Assembly: GCA_040220875.1 (NCBI GenBank)
Contig: JAVJVX010000003.1
Span: 21,353 to 85,352 of the forward strand
Length of the DNA: 64,000 nucleotides
Direction: 5' to 3'
From: Alphaproteobacteria bacterium
GTDB taxonomy: Bacteria; Pseudomonadota; Alphaproteobacteria; JAVJVX01
Position numbers and translations under genes: made by a program. The notes beneath the pieces are model-generated. The model was not told where the DNA came from, made no database searches, and was given only the letters and a program-made list of their open reading frames with translations. Shown here in pieces: positions 49,733-58,524 of the stretch; position 1 is the stretch's first letter; every line of letters begins with the position of its first letter.

Positions 49733-49780
49733 AGTTTTCGTTCCAGTTTTCGTCCTAGTTTTCGTCCTAGTTTTCGTCAA
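49733..49780. repeat. Four tandem copies of a 12-nt unit spanning the FAH-gene stop codon
   Basis: The units are AGTTTTCGTTCC, AGTTTTCGTCCT, AGTTTTCGTCCT and AGTTTTCGTCAA. On the coding strand this reads GACGAAAACTAG repeated. Confidence 0.9.
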
Positions 49781-50618
49781 TGACCGTATTCGCGAGCGTG
49801 CCGATTTCTGAGACTGATACCTCGACCTGGTCTCCCGCCTTCATGAAGAGAGGCGGTTCGCGTCCCACGCCGACGCCTGAAGGCGTGCCGGTGCTGATCA
49901 CGTCGCCCGGCAGAAGGTCCATGAATGTGGTGATGTACGCGATCAGGTCGGGGATCGGAAAAACCAGATCGCCTACACTGCCATTCTGGACCACCTCGCC
50001 GTTCAGCCGCGTTTCGAGGGTAAGTTGACGGGGGTCGGCTATGACGTCGCGGGTTACGAGCCACGGCCCCATCGCGCCTGTCCGGCGAAAGTTCTTGCCC
50101 GGCATGTATTGCGAGGTATGGCGCTGCCAGTCCCGGATCGAGCCGTCCAACAGGATCGTGTAGCCGGCGACACTGTCGAGGGCCGTCTCGGCCGAGGTCT
50201 TGCCTGTCCGCCGGCCGATGACGACCGCAAGCTCGCCTTCGAAATCGTAGCGCTCGGACACGACGGGGCGGACGAGTGCGTCACCATGTCCAACCAGCGA
50301 CCCGGGATAGCGTGGAAAAAGCGAGGGGTAGGATGGCACGTCCATGCCCATTTCCTTGACGTGGCCGAGGTAATTGAGACCGACGCAAATGATTTTCCCC
50401 GAATCGGGCAATGGCGGGAGGAGCGTGACCTCGTCGAGGGAAAGCGTGGCTTCGATGTCCTCGGCCAGCGCCGCCGCCCGCTCGAGCGCGTCATGCTCCA
50501 GCACGCCCTTCAACGTCGTCACACCGGGCGAGACGCGCTCGCGAAGATCAACGATGCCCGCATCGGTGACCGCACCGAACCCGGCCTCGCCATCCTTCTC
50601 GAATGAAACCAGATGCAC
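49767..50618 (-). CDS. Fumarylacetoacetate hydrolase-family protein
   Basis: KIICVGLNYLGHVKEMG, FEGELAVVIGR and PGDVISTGTPSGVG. GTG start at 50618 is preceded by AAGGGAGAAAG. Confidence 0.85.
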   Translation of the reverse strand: MHLVSFEKDGEAGFGAVTDAGIVDLRERVSPGVTTLKGVLEHDALERAAALAEDIEATLSLDEVTLLPPLPDSGKIICVGLNYLGHVKEMGMDVPSYPSLFPRYPGSLVGHGDALVRPVVSERYDFEGELAVVIGRRTGKTSAETALDSVAGYTILLDGSIRDWQRHTSQYMPGKNFRRTGAMGPWLVTRDVIADPRQLTLETRLNGEVVQNGSVGDLVFPIPDLIAYITTFMDLLPGDVISTGTPSGVGVGREPPLFMKAGDQVEVSVSEIGTLANTVIDEN

Positions 50619-51093
50619 CCGCTTTCTCCCTTCTTGCCTGTGTCTTCCAATAGAGACAACTTCGAGGGCGGCTTGCCAAGCCCAAACGGTGCGAAAAAAT
50701 CTGTGTGTAACTTGGGGGAAAATCTCTGACGCGCGGTGGATAAGGGCGGCACCGGGCCGGGATAATTTCGGGATGACGGAGAATGAACGGGTCCGGCCCC
50801 CGCTATCGCCTCCACCTCCGCGCGCTTTGGCGGGGAGCGAGGGTGGGGATAAATTTCCGTGTCGAAATCGGCCCCGCCGAGGCCCGTCTCCGTTGACGGG
50901 CCGGTCCGCTCGCCCTACCATATCTTGTTGTCTGCCGAGTCTGTTCCCCAAATGCTGGGGAGATCAGGGGGTCGGGCGGCGACAGGGGTTGGGACACCTC
51001 CACACGATATATCCGGCCTGAAGAGGGCCCGGACGAGGTTTTGAGCGAAGGGCACGGCCCGTCGCGCCTTTCTTACAGTCGGAGCGGCACATC

Positions 51094-53013
51094 ATGGACG
51101 GCATCAGGGACAGCATCGCTCAAGGCGGCCCGGAGGCCTCGGCCGGCGACGATCGGGCGGCGGCGACAGAGGACCGTTTCAGGTCGGGCATGGATCTGGG
51201 CCGGGCGGTGCAGTACGCCGATGGCGCACGCGTGGAGGTGGAGCATACGCGCGACTCGCGCCTGACGGTGTTCGGCAAGGCAGTGCTGGAAGATCGCTAC
51301 CTCCTGCCCGGCGAGAAGCCCCAGGACCTGTTTGCCCGCGTAGCCGGCTATTACGGCGACGATGACGCACACGCGAAACGTCTTTACGACTACATCAGCC
51401 GCCTTTGGTTCATGCCCGCCACCCCCGTCCTCAGCAATGGGGGGACGGAGCGGGGGCTGCCAATCTCCTGCTTCCTGAACGAGGCGTCCGACAGCCTCGA
51501 CGGCATTCTCGGCCTGTGGAACGAGAACGTCTGGCTTGCCGCCAAGGGCGGCGGCATCGGCAGCTACTGGGGCAATCTGCGCTCGATCGGGGAAAAAGTC
51601 GGCGGCAATGGCAAGACGTCGGGCATCATCCCCTTCATTCGCGTGATGGACAGTCTGACGCTGGCAATCAGCCAGGGCTCGCTTCGCCGGGGCAGCGCCG
51701 CCGTCTACCTGCCCATTCATCACCCCGAAATCGAAGAATTCATCGAAATTCGCCGGCCGACGGGGGGCGATCCCAATCGGAAGGCCCCCAATCTTCATCA
51801 CGGTGTGCTGGTGTCGGATGCGTTCATGCGTGCTGTCGAGGCGGACGAGGCGTGGGCGCTGATCAGCCCGCTCGACGGCCACGTGGCGGATACCGTGTCG
51901 GCCCGGGCGCTTTGGGTGCGGCTTTTGACGGCGCGGGTCGAAACGGGTGAGCCCTACATCATTTATTCCGATGCCGTGAACCGCGCCATGCCCGAGCACC
52001 ACAAGCTGGCCGGCCTGACCGTCAAGACGTCCAACCTGTGCAGCGAGATCACACTGCCAACCGGGATCGACCATCTCGGCAATGACCGCACGGCGGTTTG
52101 CTGCCTCTCCTCGCTCAATATCGAGACCTATGACGAATGGGCCGATCACCCTGCCTTTATCGAGGATGTGATGCGATTCCTCGACAACGTGTTGCAAGAT
52201 TTTATCGACCGCGCGCCGGACGAGATGGCCAAGGCGAAATACTCCGCCATGCGCGAACGTAGCGTCGGGCTTGGCGTCATGGGGTTCCACTCCTTTCTGC
52301 AATCCAAGATGGTCCCCTTTGAATCGGCCATCGCGAAGTCATGGAACCGCCGGATCTTCAAGCACATCAAGGACGGCGTGGATGCCGCCTCCCAGGCGTT
52401 GGCGATCGAGCGCGGACCATGCCCCGACGCGGCCGATTACGGCATGAATGAGCGGTTTTCCAATAAGACGGCGATCGCGCCCACGGCCTCGATTTCCATC
52501 ATTTGCGGCGGCGCCAGCCCGGGGATCGAGCCCATTGCGGCCAACAGCTTCACTCACAAGACACTCTCGGGCTCCTTCAATGTGCGCAACCGCCATTTGA
52601 CGAAGCTGTTGGAGGAAAAGGGGCGCAATACGGATGAAGTCTGGTCCACCATCACGGTGAACGGCGGCTCGGTCCAGCACCTTGATTTCCTGACCGATGA
52701 CGAAAAGGCGGTTTTCAAGACGGCGTTCGAGCTGGACCAGCGCTGGGTAATCGAGCATCAGGCCGACCGCACGCCCTTCATCGACCAGGCCTCCTCGCTC
52801 AACCTGTTTCTGCCGGCCGACGTGCACAAGCGCGATCTGCACCAGATCCATTTCCAGGCCTGGAAGCGCGGGTTGAAGTCACTCTACTATTGCCGGTCGC
52901 TTTCCATTCAGCGGGCTGAATCGTCCGAAGTCGCCCGGGCGCCGGACTCGGCCCCCGAGGCCGTCAGCCCGGCGGAACCCGTCAATTATGAAGAATGCCT
53001 CGCCTGCCAGTAA
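51094..53013 (+). CDS. nrdA: Class I ribonucleotide reductase alpha subunit, short form without ATP-cone
   Basis: It has PATPVLSNGGT..GLPISCFL, NLCSEI and a C-terminal Y-x-x-Cys tail (NYEECLACQ). At 639 aa there is no room for an ATP-cone. Confidence 0.92.
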   Translation: MDGIRDSIAQGGPEASAGDDRAAATEDRFRSGMDLGRAVQYADGARVEVEHTRDSRLTVFGKAVLEDRYLLPGEKPQDLFARVAGYYGDDDAHAKRLYDYISRLWFMPATPVLSNGGTERGLPISCFLNEASDSLDGILGLWNENVWLAAKGGGIGSYWGNLRSIGEKVGGNGKTSGIIPFIRVMDSLTLAISQGSLRRGSAAVYLPIHHPEIEEFIEIRRPTGGDPNRKAPNLHHGVLVSDAFMRAVEADEAWALISPLDGHVADTVSARALWVRLLTARVETGEPYIIYSDAVNRAMPEHHKLAGLTVKTSNLCSEITLPTGIDHLGNDRTAVCCLSSLNIETYDEWADHPAFIEDVMRFLDNVLQDFIDRAPDEMAKAKYSAMRERSVGLGVMGFHSFLQSKMVPFESAIAKSWNRRIFKHIKDGVDAASQALAIERGPCPDAADYGMNERFSNKTAIAPTASISIICGGASPGIEPIAANSFTHKTLSGSFNVRNRHLTKLLEEKGRNTDEVWSTITVNGGSVQHLDFLTDDEKAVFKTAFELDQRWVIEHQADRTPFIDQASSLNLFLPADVHKRDLHQIHFQAWKRGLKSLYYCRSLSIQRAESSEVARAPDSAPEAVSPAEPVNYEECLACQ

Positions 53014-53038
53014 CGGCCGGCGCCATTGGAGCCAAACC

Positions 53039-53998
53039 ATGTCGCTTCTGACCGAACGCGTCGTCTACAAGCCGTTCCAGTATCCTTGGGCCTATGACGC
53101 CTGGCTCACCCAGCAGCGGATTCACTGGTTGCCGGAGGAGGTGCCGCTCGCGGATGACGTGAAGGACTGGCGCCGGAAGCTGAGTGAGGCGGAGCGCAAC
53201 CTTCTCACCCAGATTTTCCGCTTTTTCGTGCAGGCCGACGTCGAAGTGAACAACTGCTACATGAAGCACTATGCCCGCGTCTTCAAACCGACCGAGGTGC
53301 AGATGATGCTGGCGGCATTCTCCAATATCGAAACCGTACATATTGCCGCCTACAGCCATCTTCTGGACACGATCGGGATGCCGGAACTGGAATACGAGGC
53401 GTTCCTCAAATATGCCCAGATGAAGGACAAGTACGACTTCATGCAGGAATGGGGCGTCGACACGCCCGAGGACATCGCCAAGACGCTCGCCGTGTTCGGC
53501 GGGTTCACCGAAGGCCTTCAGCTTTTTGCCAGCTTCGCGATCCTGCTCAACTTCCCGCGGTTCAACAAGATGAAGGGCATGGGGCAGATCGTCACCTGGT
53601 CGGCGCGGGACGAATCGCTGCACACCAATTCAATCATCAGGCTGTATCGTACCTTCGTGAACGAAAATCCCTCCATCCGCACCCCCGCGCTGGAAAAGGC
53701 GCTGCTCGGCGCGTGCGAGACGGTCGTCAGTCACGAAGATGCCTTCATCGATCTCGCTTTCGAAATGGGTGGGGTCGAGGGCCTCGGTCCCGAGGAAGTG
53801 AAGGCCTATATCCGCTATATCGCCGACCGCAGGCTCACCCAGCTCGAACTCGCGCCCCGTTTCGGGTTCAACCAAAACCCGTTGCCCTGGATGGACGAGA
53901 TGCTCAATGGAATCGAGCATACGAATTTCTTCGAGAACCGTGCGACGGAATACTCCAAGGCCGCGACCCGGGGCACCTGGGAAGAGGCCTTCGCCTGA
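53039..53998 (+). CDS. nrdB: Class I ribonucleotide reductase beta subunit
   Basis: Di-metal and radical motif FSNIETVHIAAYSHL (E-x-x-H-x-x-x-Y). Start at MSLLTERVVYKPF. Confidence 0.92.
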   Translation: MSLLTERVVYKPFQYPWAYDAWLTQQRIHWLPEEVPLADDVKDWRRKLSEAERNLLTQIFRFFVQADVEVNNCYMKHYARVFKPTEVQMMLAAFSNIETVHIAAYSHLLDTIGMPELEYEAFLKYAQMKDKYDFMQEWGVDTPEDIAKTLAVFGGFTEGLQLFASFAILLNFPRFNKMKGMGQIVTWSARDESLHTNSIIRLYRTFVNENPSIRTPALEKALLGACETVVSHEDAFIDLAFEMGGVEGLGPEEVKAYIRYIADRRLTQLELAPRFGFNQNPLPWMDEMLNGIEHTNFFENRATEYSKAATRGTWEEAFA

Positions 53999-54034
53999 GC
54001 AAGAGGCAGGCCGGAAGAGAAAGGGATCGCCAGG

Positions 54035-54880
54035 ATGGACACAAGCGAGATTCAGACCAGTCTTGAAGGGCTGGTCGGCGCACTCGGCGACGGGTTGAGC
54101 CAGTATGGGCCCGGCCTGCTGGGCGGACTCGTCATCCTGGTCGTCGGCTGGGCCATCGCCAACTGGGCCCGGCGGGGACTGGATCGGGCCCTGGGCAGAT
54201 ATCCGCGGATGGATGTCACGCTGCGCCGGTTCCTCGCCAGCCTGGTCAAGTGGATCATCCTCGCGGTCACGTTCGTTGCAGTGCTCGGTCAGTTCGGCGT
54301 CCAGACGACCAGTCTTCTGGCGGTCCTCGGCGCGGCCGGCCTCGCCATCGGGCTCGCCTTGCAGGGAACCCTGTCCAACCTGGCGGCGGGGGTCATGCTG
54401 TTGCTGTTCCGGCCATTCCGCGTGGGAGATTATGTCGATCTGGACGGAATCGCGGGGACGGTCAAATCCCTTGACCTCTTCATGACCGAGCTCAGCACGC
54501 CGGACAATGTTCAGATTCTTGTGCCCAATGGCAAAATCTGGGGCGCGGCCATCCAGAACTTCAGCTTTTATCCGACGCGGCGCGTCGATATCACGCTGGG
54601 TATCGATTATGCCGACAATATCGATCTCGCGCTCGACACGATCCGGTCCGTGGTGGACCGGGACCCGCGCTGCCTCAAGGATCCCGAACCCCTCTATGTC
54701 GTGGGCGAGCTGGCGGACAGCTCGGTCAATATCATTGTCCGGGTCTGGTGCGAGAATGCGGAGTACTGGCCGCTCAAATTCTCCCTGACCAAGGCGCTGA
54801 AAGAGGCGCTGGACAACGCCGGCATCACCATCCCCTTCCCGCAACGCGTCGTGCACATGACGGGCGAAAGAGCGTCCTAG
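54035..54880 (+). CDS. MscS-family small-conductance mechanosensitive channel
   Basis: Three N-terminal TM segments, then LSNLAAGVMLLLFRPFRVGDYVDLDGIAGTV. Confidence 0.88.
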   Translation: MDTSEIQTSLEGLVGALGDGLSQYGPGLLGGLVILVVGWAIANWARRGLDRALGRYPRMDVTLRRFLASLVKWIILAVTFVAVLGQFGVQTTSLLAVLGAAGLAIGLALQGTLSNLAAGVMLLLFRPFRVGDYVDLDGIAGTVKSLDLFMTELSTPDNVQILVPNGKIWGAAIQNFSFYPTRRVDITLGIDYADNIDLALDTIRSVVDRDPRCLKDPEPLYVVGELADSSVNIIVRVWCENAEYWPLKFSLTKALKEALDNAGITIPFPQRVVHMTGERAS

Positions 54881-54901
54881 GCGCAGTTCGGCCGTTCCGC
54901 A

Positions 54902-56029
54902 ATGATTGCTGCCGACGATACCCTCGCACTCTGGACGAGCCTCCTTGCCCTGGCAGCGGCGGGATTCTGGTTTGACCGCACGCGTCTGGGCGGCCGGTTG
55001 TCCGGCGTCGTGCTGATTCTCGTCGCGGGTCTGGTTCTGTCCAATCTGAATGTCCTGCCCATGGCGGCGCCGGTCTACGACCATGTCTGGACCTATCTCG
55101 TGCCCCTGGCGATTCCGCTCTTGCTGGTACAGGCAAACCTGGCGCTGATCGTCCGGGAATCGGGGCCCACCCTGCTGGCCTTCCTCCTGGCGGCGCTAGC
55201 CACCCTGGCCGGGGTCCTCCTCGGCATTTGGCTGGTCCCGCTGGGGCCGGAGACGGCCAAGCTCGCCGGGATCTTTGCGGCCACCTATATCGGGGGCTCG
55301 GTCAATTTCGCCGCCGTCGCCAGCATGCTGGCCCTCGGTGACGATGCGGTGCTGGCTGCCAGCCTGGCGGCCGACAATCTGGGCGGGACGCTCTATCTGA
55401 TCGTGCTCATGGTGTTGCCGTCCCTCGCCATCCTGCGGCGTTTTCTGGGTGATCGGGAGTTGCGCAGCGAGGGACAGGACGGCGTGTCCACATCCGCGCC
55501 TGCGGTCCCCTTCAGCCCGACGGGCGTGGCCATGGCGCTGGCTCTGAGTGGCGCCATCGTTCTGCTGAGCCGGGTGCTGGCCGCATCGGTCGGCCTTGCG
55601 CCGTCCTATATTCTGCTCGTCGCGACCGCCTTGACCGTGGCGCTGGCGACGCTCGTGCCCCGGCTGCCCAGCCGGCTGCCGGGCGCCTACGAGCTGGGCA
55701 CGCTGATGATGTATCTGCTGTTCGGGACTATCGGGGCCGGCGCGGATCTCTCGGCCCTCCTCACCCATGCGCCCCAGATCATGGCGTTCGTCGCCATTAT
55801 CCTCACGACCCATCTCTGCCTGATCATCCTGCTTGGCCGGCTGTTCCGGCTGACAGTGGCGGAACTGGTCATCGCGTCCAATGCCGCCGTGATGGGGCCG
55901 GCGACCGCCGCGGCCATGGCGGGTGCCCGGGGCTGGCGGCCGCTGGTTACGCCGGCCGTCCTGTGCGGCGTGCTGGGTTATGCCCTGGCCAATTTCATCG
56001 GCACGGCGCTGGCAGCGTTCCTCGGTTAG
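54902..56029 (+). CDS. Polytopic membrane protein (DUF819-like?)
   Basis: 375 aa with about 10-11 hydrophobic segments. The family call is from memory only. Confidence 0.5.
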   Translation: MIAADDTLALWTSLLALAAAGFWFDRTRLGGRLSGVVLILVAGLVLSNLNVLPMAAPVYDHVWTYLVPLAIPLLLVQANLALIVRESGPTLLAFLLAALATLAGVLLGIWLVPLGPETAKLAGIFAATYIGGSVNFAAVASMLALGDDAVLAASLAADNLGGTLYLIVLMVLPSLAILRRFLGDRELRSEGQDGVSTSAPAVPFSPTGVAMALALSGAIVLLSRVLAASVGLAPSYILLVATALTVALATLVPRLPSRLPGAYELGTLMMYLLFGTIGAGADLSALLTHAPQIMAFVAIILTTHLCLIILLGRLFRLTVAELVIASNAAVMGPATAAAMAGARGWRPLVTPAVLCGVLGYALANFIGTALAAFLG

Positions 56030-56211
56030 TGGTGAGCGGCCTTAAGTCCCGATAAAATAATAATTTATTCGGGCCGTTGAAACTTTCGCCAACTGACCCA
56101 ACCTCTCAGGGGCGGCGTAGAACGATGGTAACAGTTGCGTGCCGGGCGGTTTCCCCCTGTGAAGCGCCGGGACGCAGGATTACCATAAATAAAAGAAGGG
56201 TAGATCCGCTC

Positions 56212-58524
56212 ATGGCCAACTTCACCCGTCCACTTCGCTCCGCACGGCGCAACCTCGTCAGCCGCCCGCTTCTCCATTGGTTCAAATCCGTCATGCCGCC
56301 GGTTTCCGAGACCGAACGCGAGGCGATCGAGGCGGGCTCGGTCTGGTGGGACCGCGAGCTTTTCTCGGGCCGGCCTGACTGGCGCCTGCTGCGCGACCTG
56401 CCGGCGGCGCGGCTCTCCGACGACGAGCGGGCCTTCATGAACGGGCCGGTGGAAGAACTCTGCGCCATGCTCGACGACTGGCAGATCAATTTCGAACTGA
56501 AGGATCTGCCGCCCGAGATATGGGACTTCCTCAAACAGAAGAAGTTCTTCGGCATGATCATCCCCGAGGAATATGGCGGTCTCGGATTTTCCGCCTTCGG
56601 CCATTCTTCGGTGGTGATGAAGATCGCGACGCGCTCGATCACGACCGCCGTGACGGTGATGGTGCCCAATTCCCTCGGCCCGGGCGAGCTTCTCATTCAT
56701 TACGGCACGGATGAGCAGAAGAGTTATTACCTGCCGCGGCTGGCCTCGGGCGAGGAACTGCCCTGTTTCGCCCTGACCGGTCCGCTCAACGGGTCGGACG
56801 CGGCCAATATGCCGGACGAGGGGGTCGTTTGCTGGGGCGAGGTCGACGGAAAGCGCACGCTTGGCATGCGCGTCAGCTGGGATAAGCGCTATATCACGCT
56901 GGGGCCGGTGGCGACGCTCCTTGGGCTCGCCTTCCGGCTCAAGGACCCGGACGGCCTGCTTGGCGTGGGGGGCGATCTCGGTATCACGCTGGCGCTGGTT
57001 CCGACGACGACGCCGGGTGTGGAAATCGGCCGGCGGCATTACCCCGCGCATCAGGCTTTCCAGAACGGCCCGAACCGGGGCCAGGATGTGTTTATCCCGA
57101 TGGATTGGGTGATCGGCGGCCAGGACCGGGTCGGCCAGGGCTGGCGCATGCTGATGAGTGCGCTGGCGGCCGGCCGGGCAATTTCCCTGCCCTCGCTGTC
57201 CACTGGCGGGACCAAGGTCGCCGCGCGCAGTACCGGCGCCTATGCCCGTGTCCGCCGGCAATTCGGCATCCCGATCGGCAAGTTCGAAGGGATCGAGGAG
57301 CCGCTCACGCGGATCGCCGCCTCCGCCTATATGCTCGAGGCGGGCCGCCAGGTCACGACAACGGCGATCGATCAGGGCGAGAAGCCGGCGATCCTGTCGG
57401 CCATCATGAAGTTCCACGCCACGGACGCCATGCGTCGCGCGGTCGATGATGCCATGGACGTCCATGGCGGCAAGGCCATTTGCGAGGGGCCGCGCAACTA
57501 TCTCGCAAATGCCTATCACGCGATGCCGGTCAGCATCACAGTCGAAGGCGCGAATATCCTGACCCGCAGCCTGATCATCGCGGGCCAGGGGATTTTCCGC
57601 TGCCATCCCTATGTGCTGACGGAAATGCTGGCGGCAAGCGATCCCGACGAGGCGGCCGGGCTCGAGAAATTCGATGAGGTGTTGTATCGCCACATCTGGT
57701 TCGATATCTCGAACGTGGCACGCACCTTTTTTCACAATCTCACCTTTGGCCGCCTCGCCGGCTCGCCGGCGGCCGGGGATCTCAGGCCCTATTACCGCCA
57801 GATCAGCCGCTGGTCCGTGACCTTCGCGACCATGGCCGAAATCCTGATGGCGACGCTCGGCGGCGGGCTCCGGCGGCGGGAGAAACTCTCGGCCCGCATA
57901 GGGGATGTCCTGAGCGACCTTTACCTCGTGAGCTGCACGCTCAAACGCTTCGAGGATGACGGCAGGCCCGAGGACGACCGGCCGCTCGTCCAATATACCG
58001 CGCAGGCGGCGTTCCACCGGATCCAGCAGAGGTTTGACGAGATCTTCGCGAATTTTCCGCTCCGGCCCGTGGGCTGGCTGCTGCGCTTCCTCACCTTCCC
58101 GCTGGGCCGGCGGGTCAAGGCGCCCGATGACCGGCTTGGCCAGAAGATCGCTGAAATTCTTCTCGCCCCGTCCGACACGCGCGACCGGCTGACGGAAGAC
58201 ATTTTCATCGGAGATGAAAGCCAGCCGCTCGGCCAGCTCGAGGCCGCCATGATCGCGGCCATTGACGCCGAGCCGCTCGAGCGCAAGATGAAAAACGCGC
58301 GCCTGTCCGACATCGATGCAGCCGTGGCGGCATTCGTTCTGTCGGCCGACGAGGCGGACCGGCTGCGTCGGGCGCGGGCCTTGGCGTTCGAGGTAATTGC
58401 GGTCGACGACTTTGCGCCCGAGGAGATCAGTCCGCGTTCGTCCTATCCAAGGAATTATCCGGGAGACACGCCATCGCCTACACCAGCACCAACGACGTCA
58501 CCGGCCGCACCGTCTACGTCGTAG
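56212..58524 (+). CDS. fadE: Large FadE-type acyl-CoA dehydrogenase
   Basis: N-terminus FKSVMPPVSETEREAIEAGSVWWDRELFSGRPDW parallels E. coli FadE. About 770 aa. The Pro/Ser/Thr-rich tail overlaps the thiolase frame. Confidence 0.9.
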   Translation: MANFTRPLRSARRNLVSRPLLHWFKSVMPPVSETEREAIEAGSVWWDRELFSGRPDWRLLRDLPAARLSDDERAFMNGPVEELCAMLDDWQINFELKDLPPEIWDFLKQKKFFGMIIPEEYGGLGFSAFGHSSVVMKIATRSITTAVTVMVPNSLGPGELLIHYGTDEQKSYYLPRLASGEELPCFALTGPLNGSDAANMPDEGVVCWGEVDGKRTLGMRVSWDKRYITLGPVATLLGLAFRLKDPDGLLGVGGDLGITLALVPTTTPGVEIGRRHYPAHQAFQNGPNRGQDVFIPMDWVIGGQDRVGQGWRMLMSALAAGRAISLPSLSTGGTKVAARSTGAYARVRRQFGIPIGKFEGIEEPLTRIAASAYMLEAGRQVTTTAIDQGEKPAILSAIMKFHATDAMRRAVDDAMDVHGGKAICEGPRNYLANAYHAMPVSITVEGANILTRSLIIAGQGIFRCHPYVLTEMLAASDPDEAAGLEKFDEVLYRHIWFDISNVARTFFHNLTFGRLAGSPAAGDLRPYYRQISRWSVTFATMAEILMATLGGGLRRREKLSARIGDVLSDLYLVSCTLKRFEDDGRPEDDRPLVQYTAQAAFHRIQQRFDEIFANFPLRPVGWLLRFLTFPLGRRVKAPDDRLGQKIAEILLAPSDTRDRLTEDIFIGDESQPLGQLEAAMIAAIDAEPLERKMKNARLSDIDAAVAAFVLSADEADRLRRARALAFEVIAVDDFAPEEISPRSSYPRNYPGDTPSPTPAPTTSPAAPSTS

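Noticed and set aside
49733-49780. CRISPR-like array (this tandem repeat, and also 59779-59828).
   Set aside because: The units are 12-13 nt and directly abutting, with no spacers. No cas genes are in the window. These are simple tandem duplications.
50619-51093. Cobalamin riboswitch in the long nrdA leader.
   Set aside because: Fragments such as GCCCCCGCTATCG vaguely resemble the conserved core, but no B12 box (AGYCMGGAGACCKGCC-like) and no GGGAA...GGTG...AA.TCC segment is present.
58290-58296. Programmed -1 frameshift site (G AAA AAC) that would fuse FadE to the thiolase frame just after the frame-0 stop at 58263.
   Set aside because: The heptamer is imperfect (G instead of A at the first position), and no downstream stimulatory structure is evident. 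A FadE-thiolase fusion has no precedent that I know of. An ATC start or a sequence error is more parsimonious.
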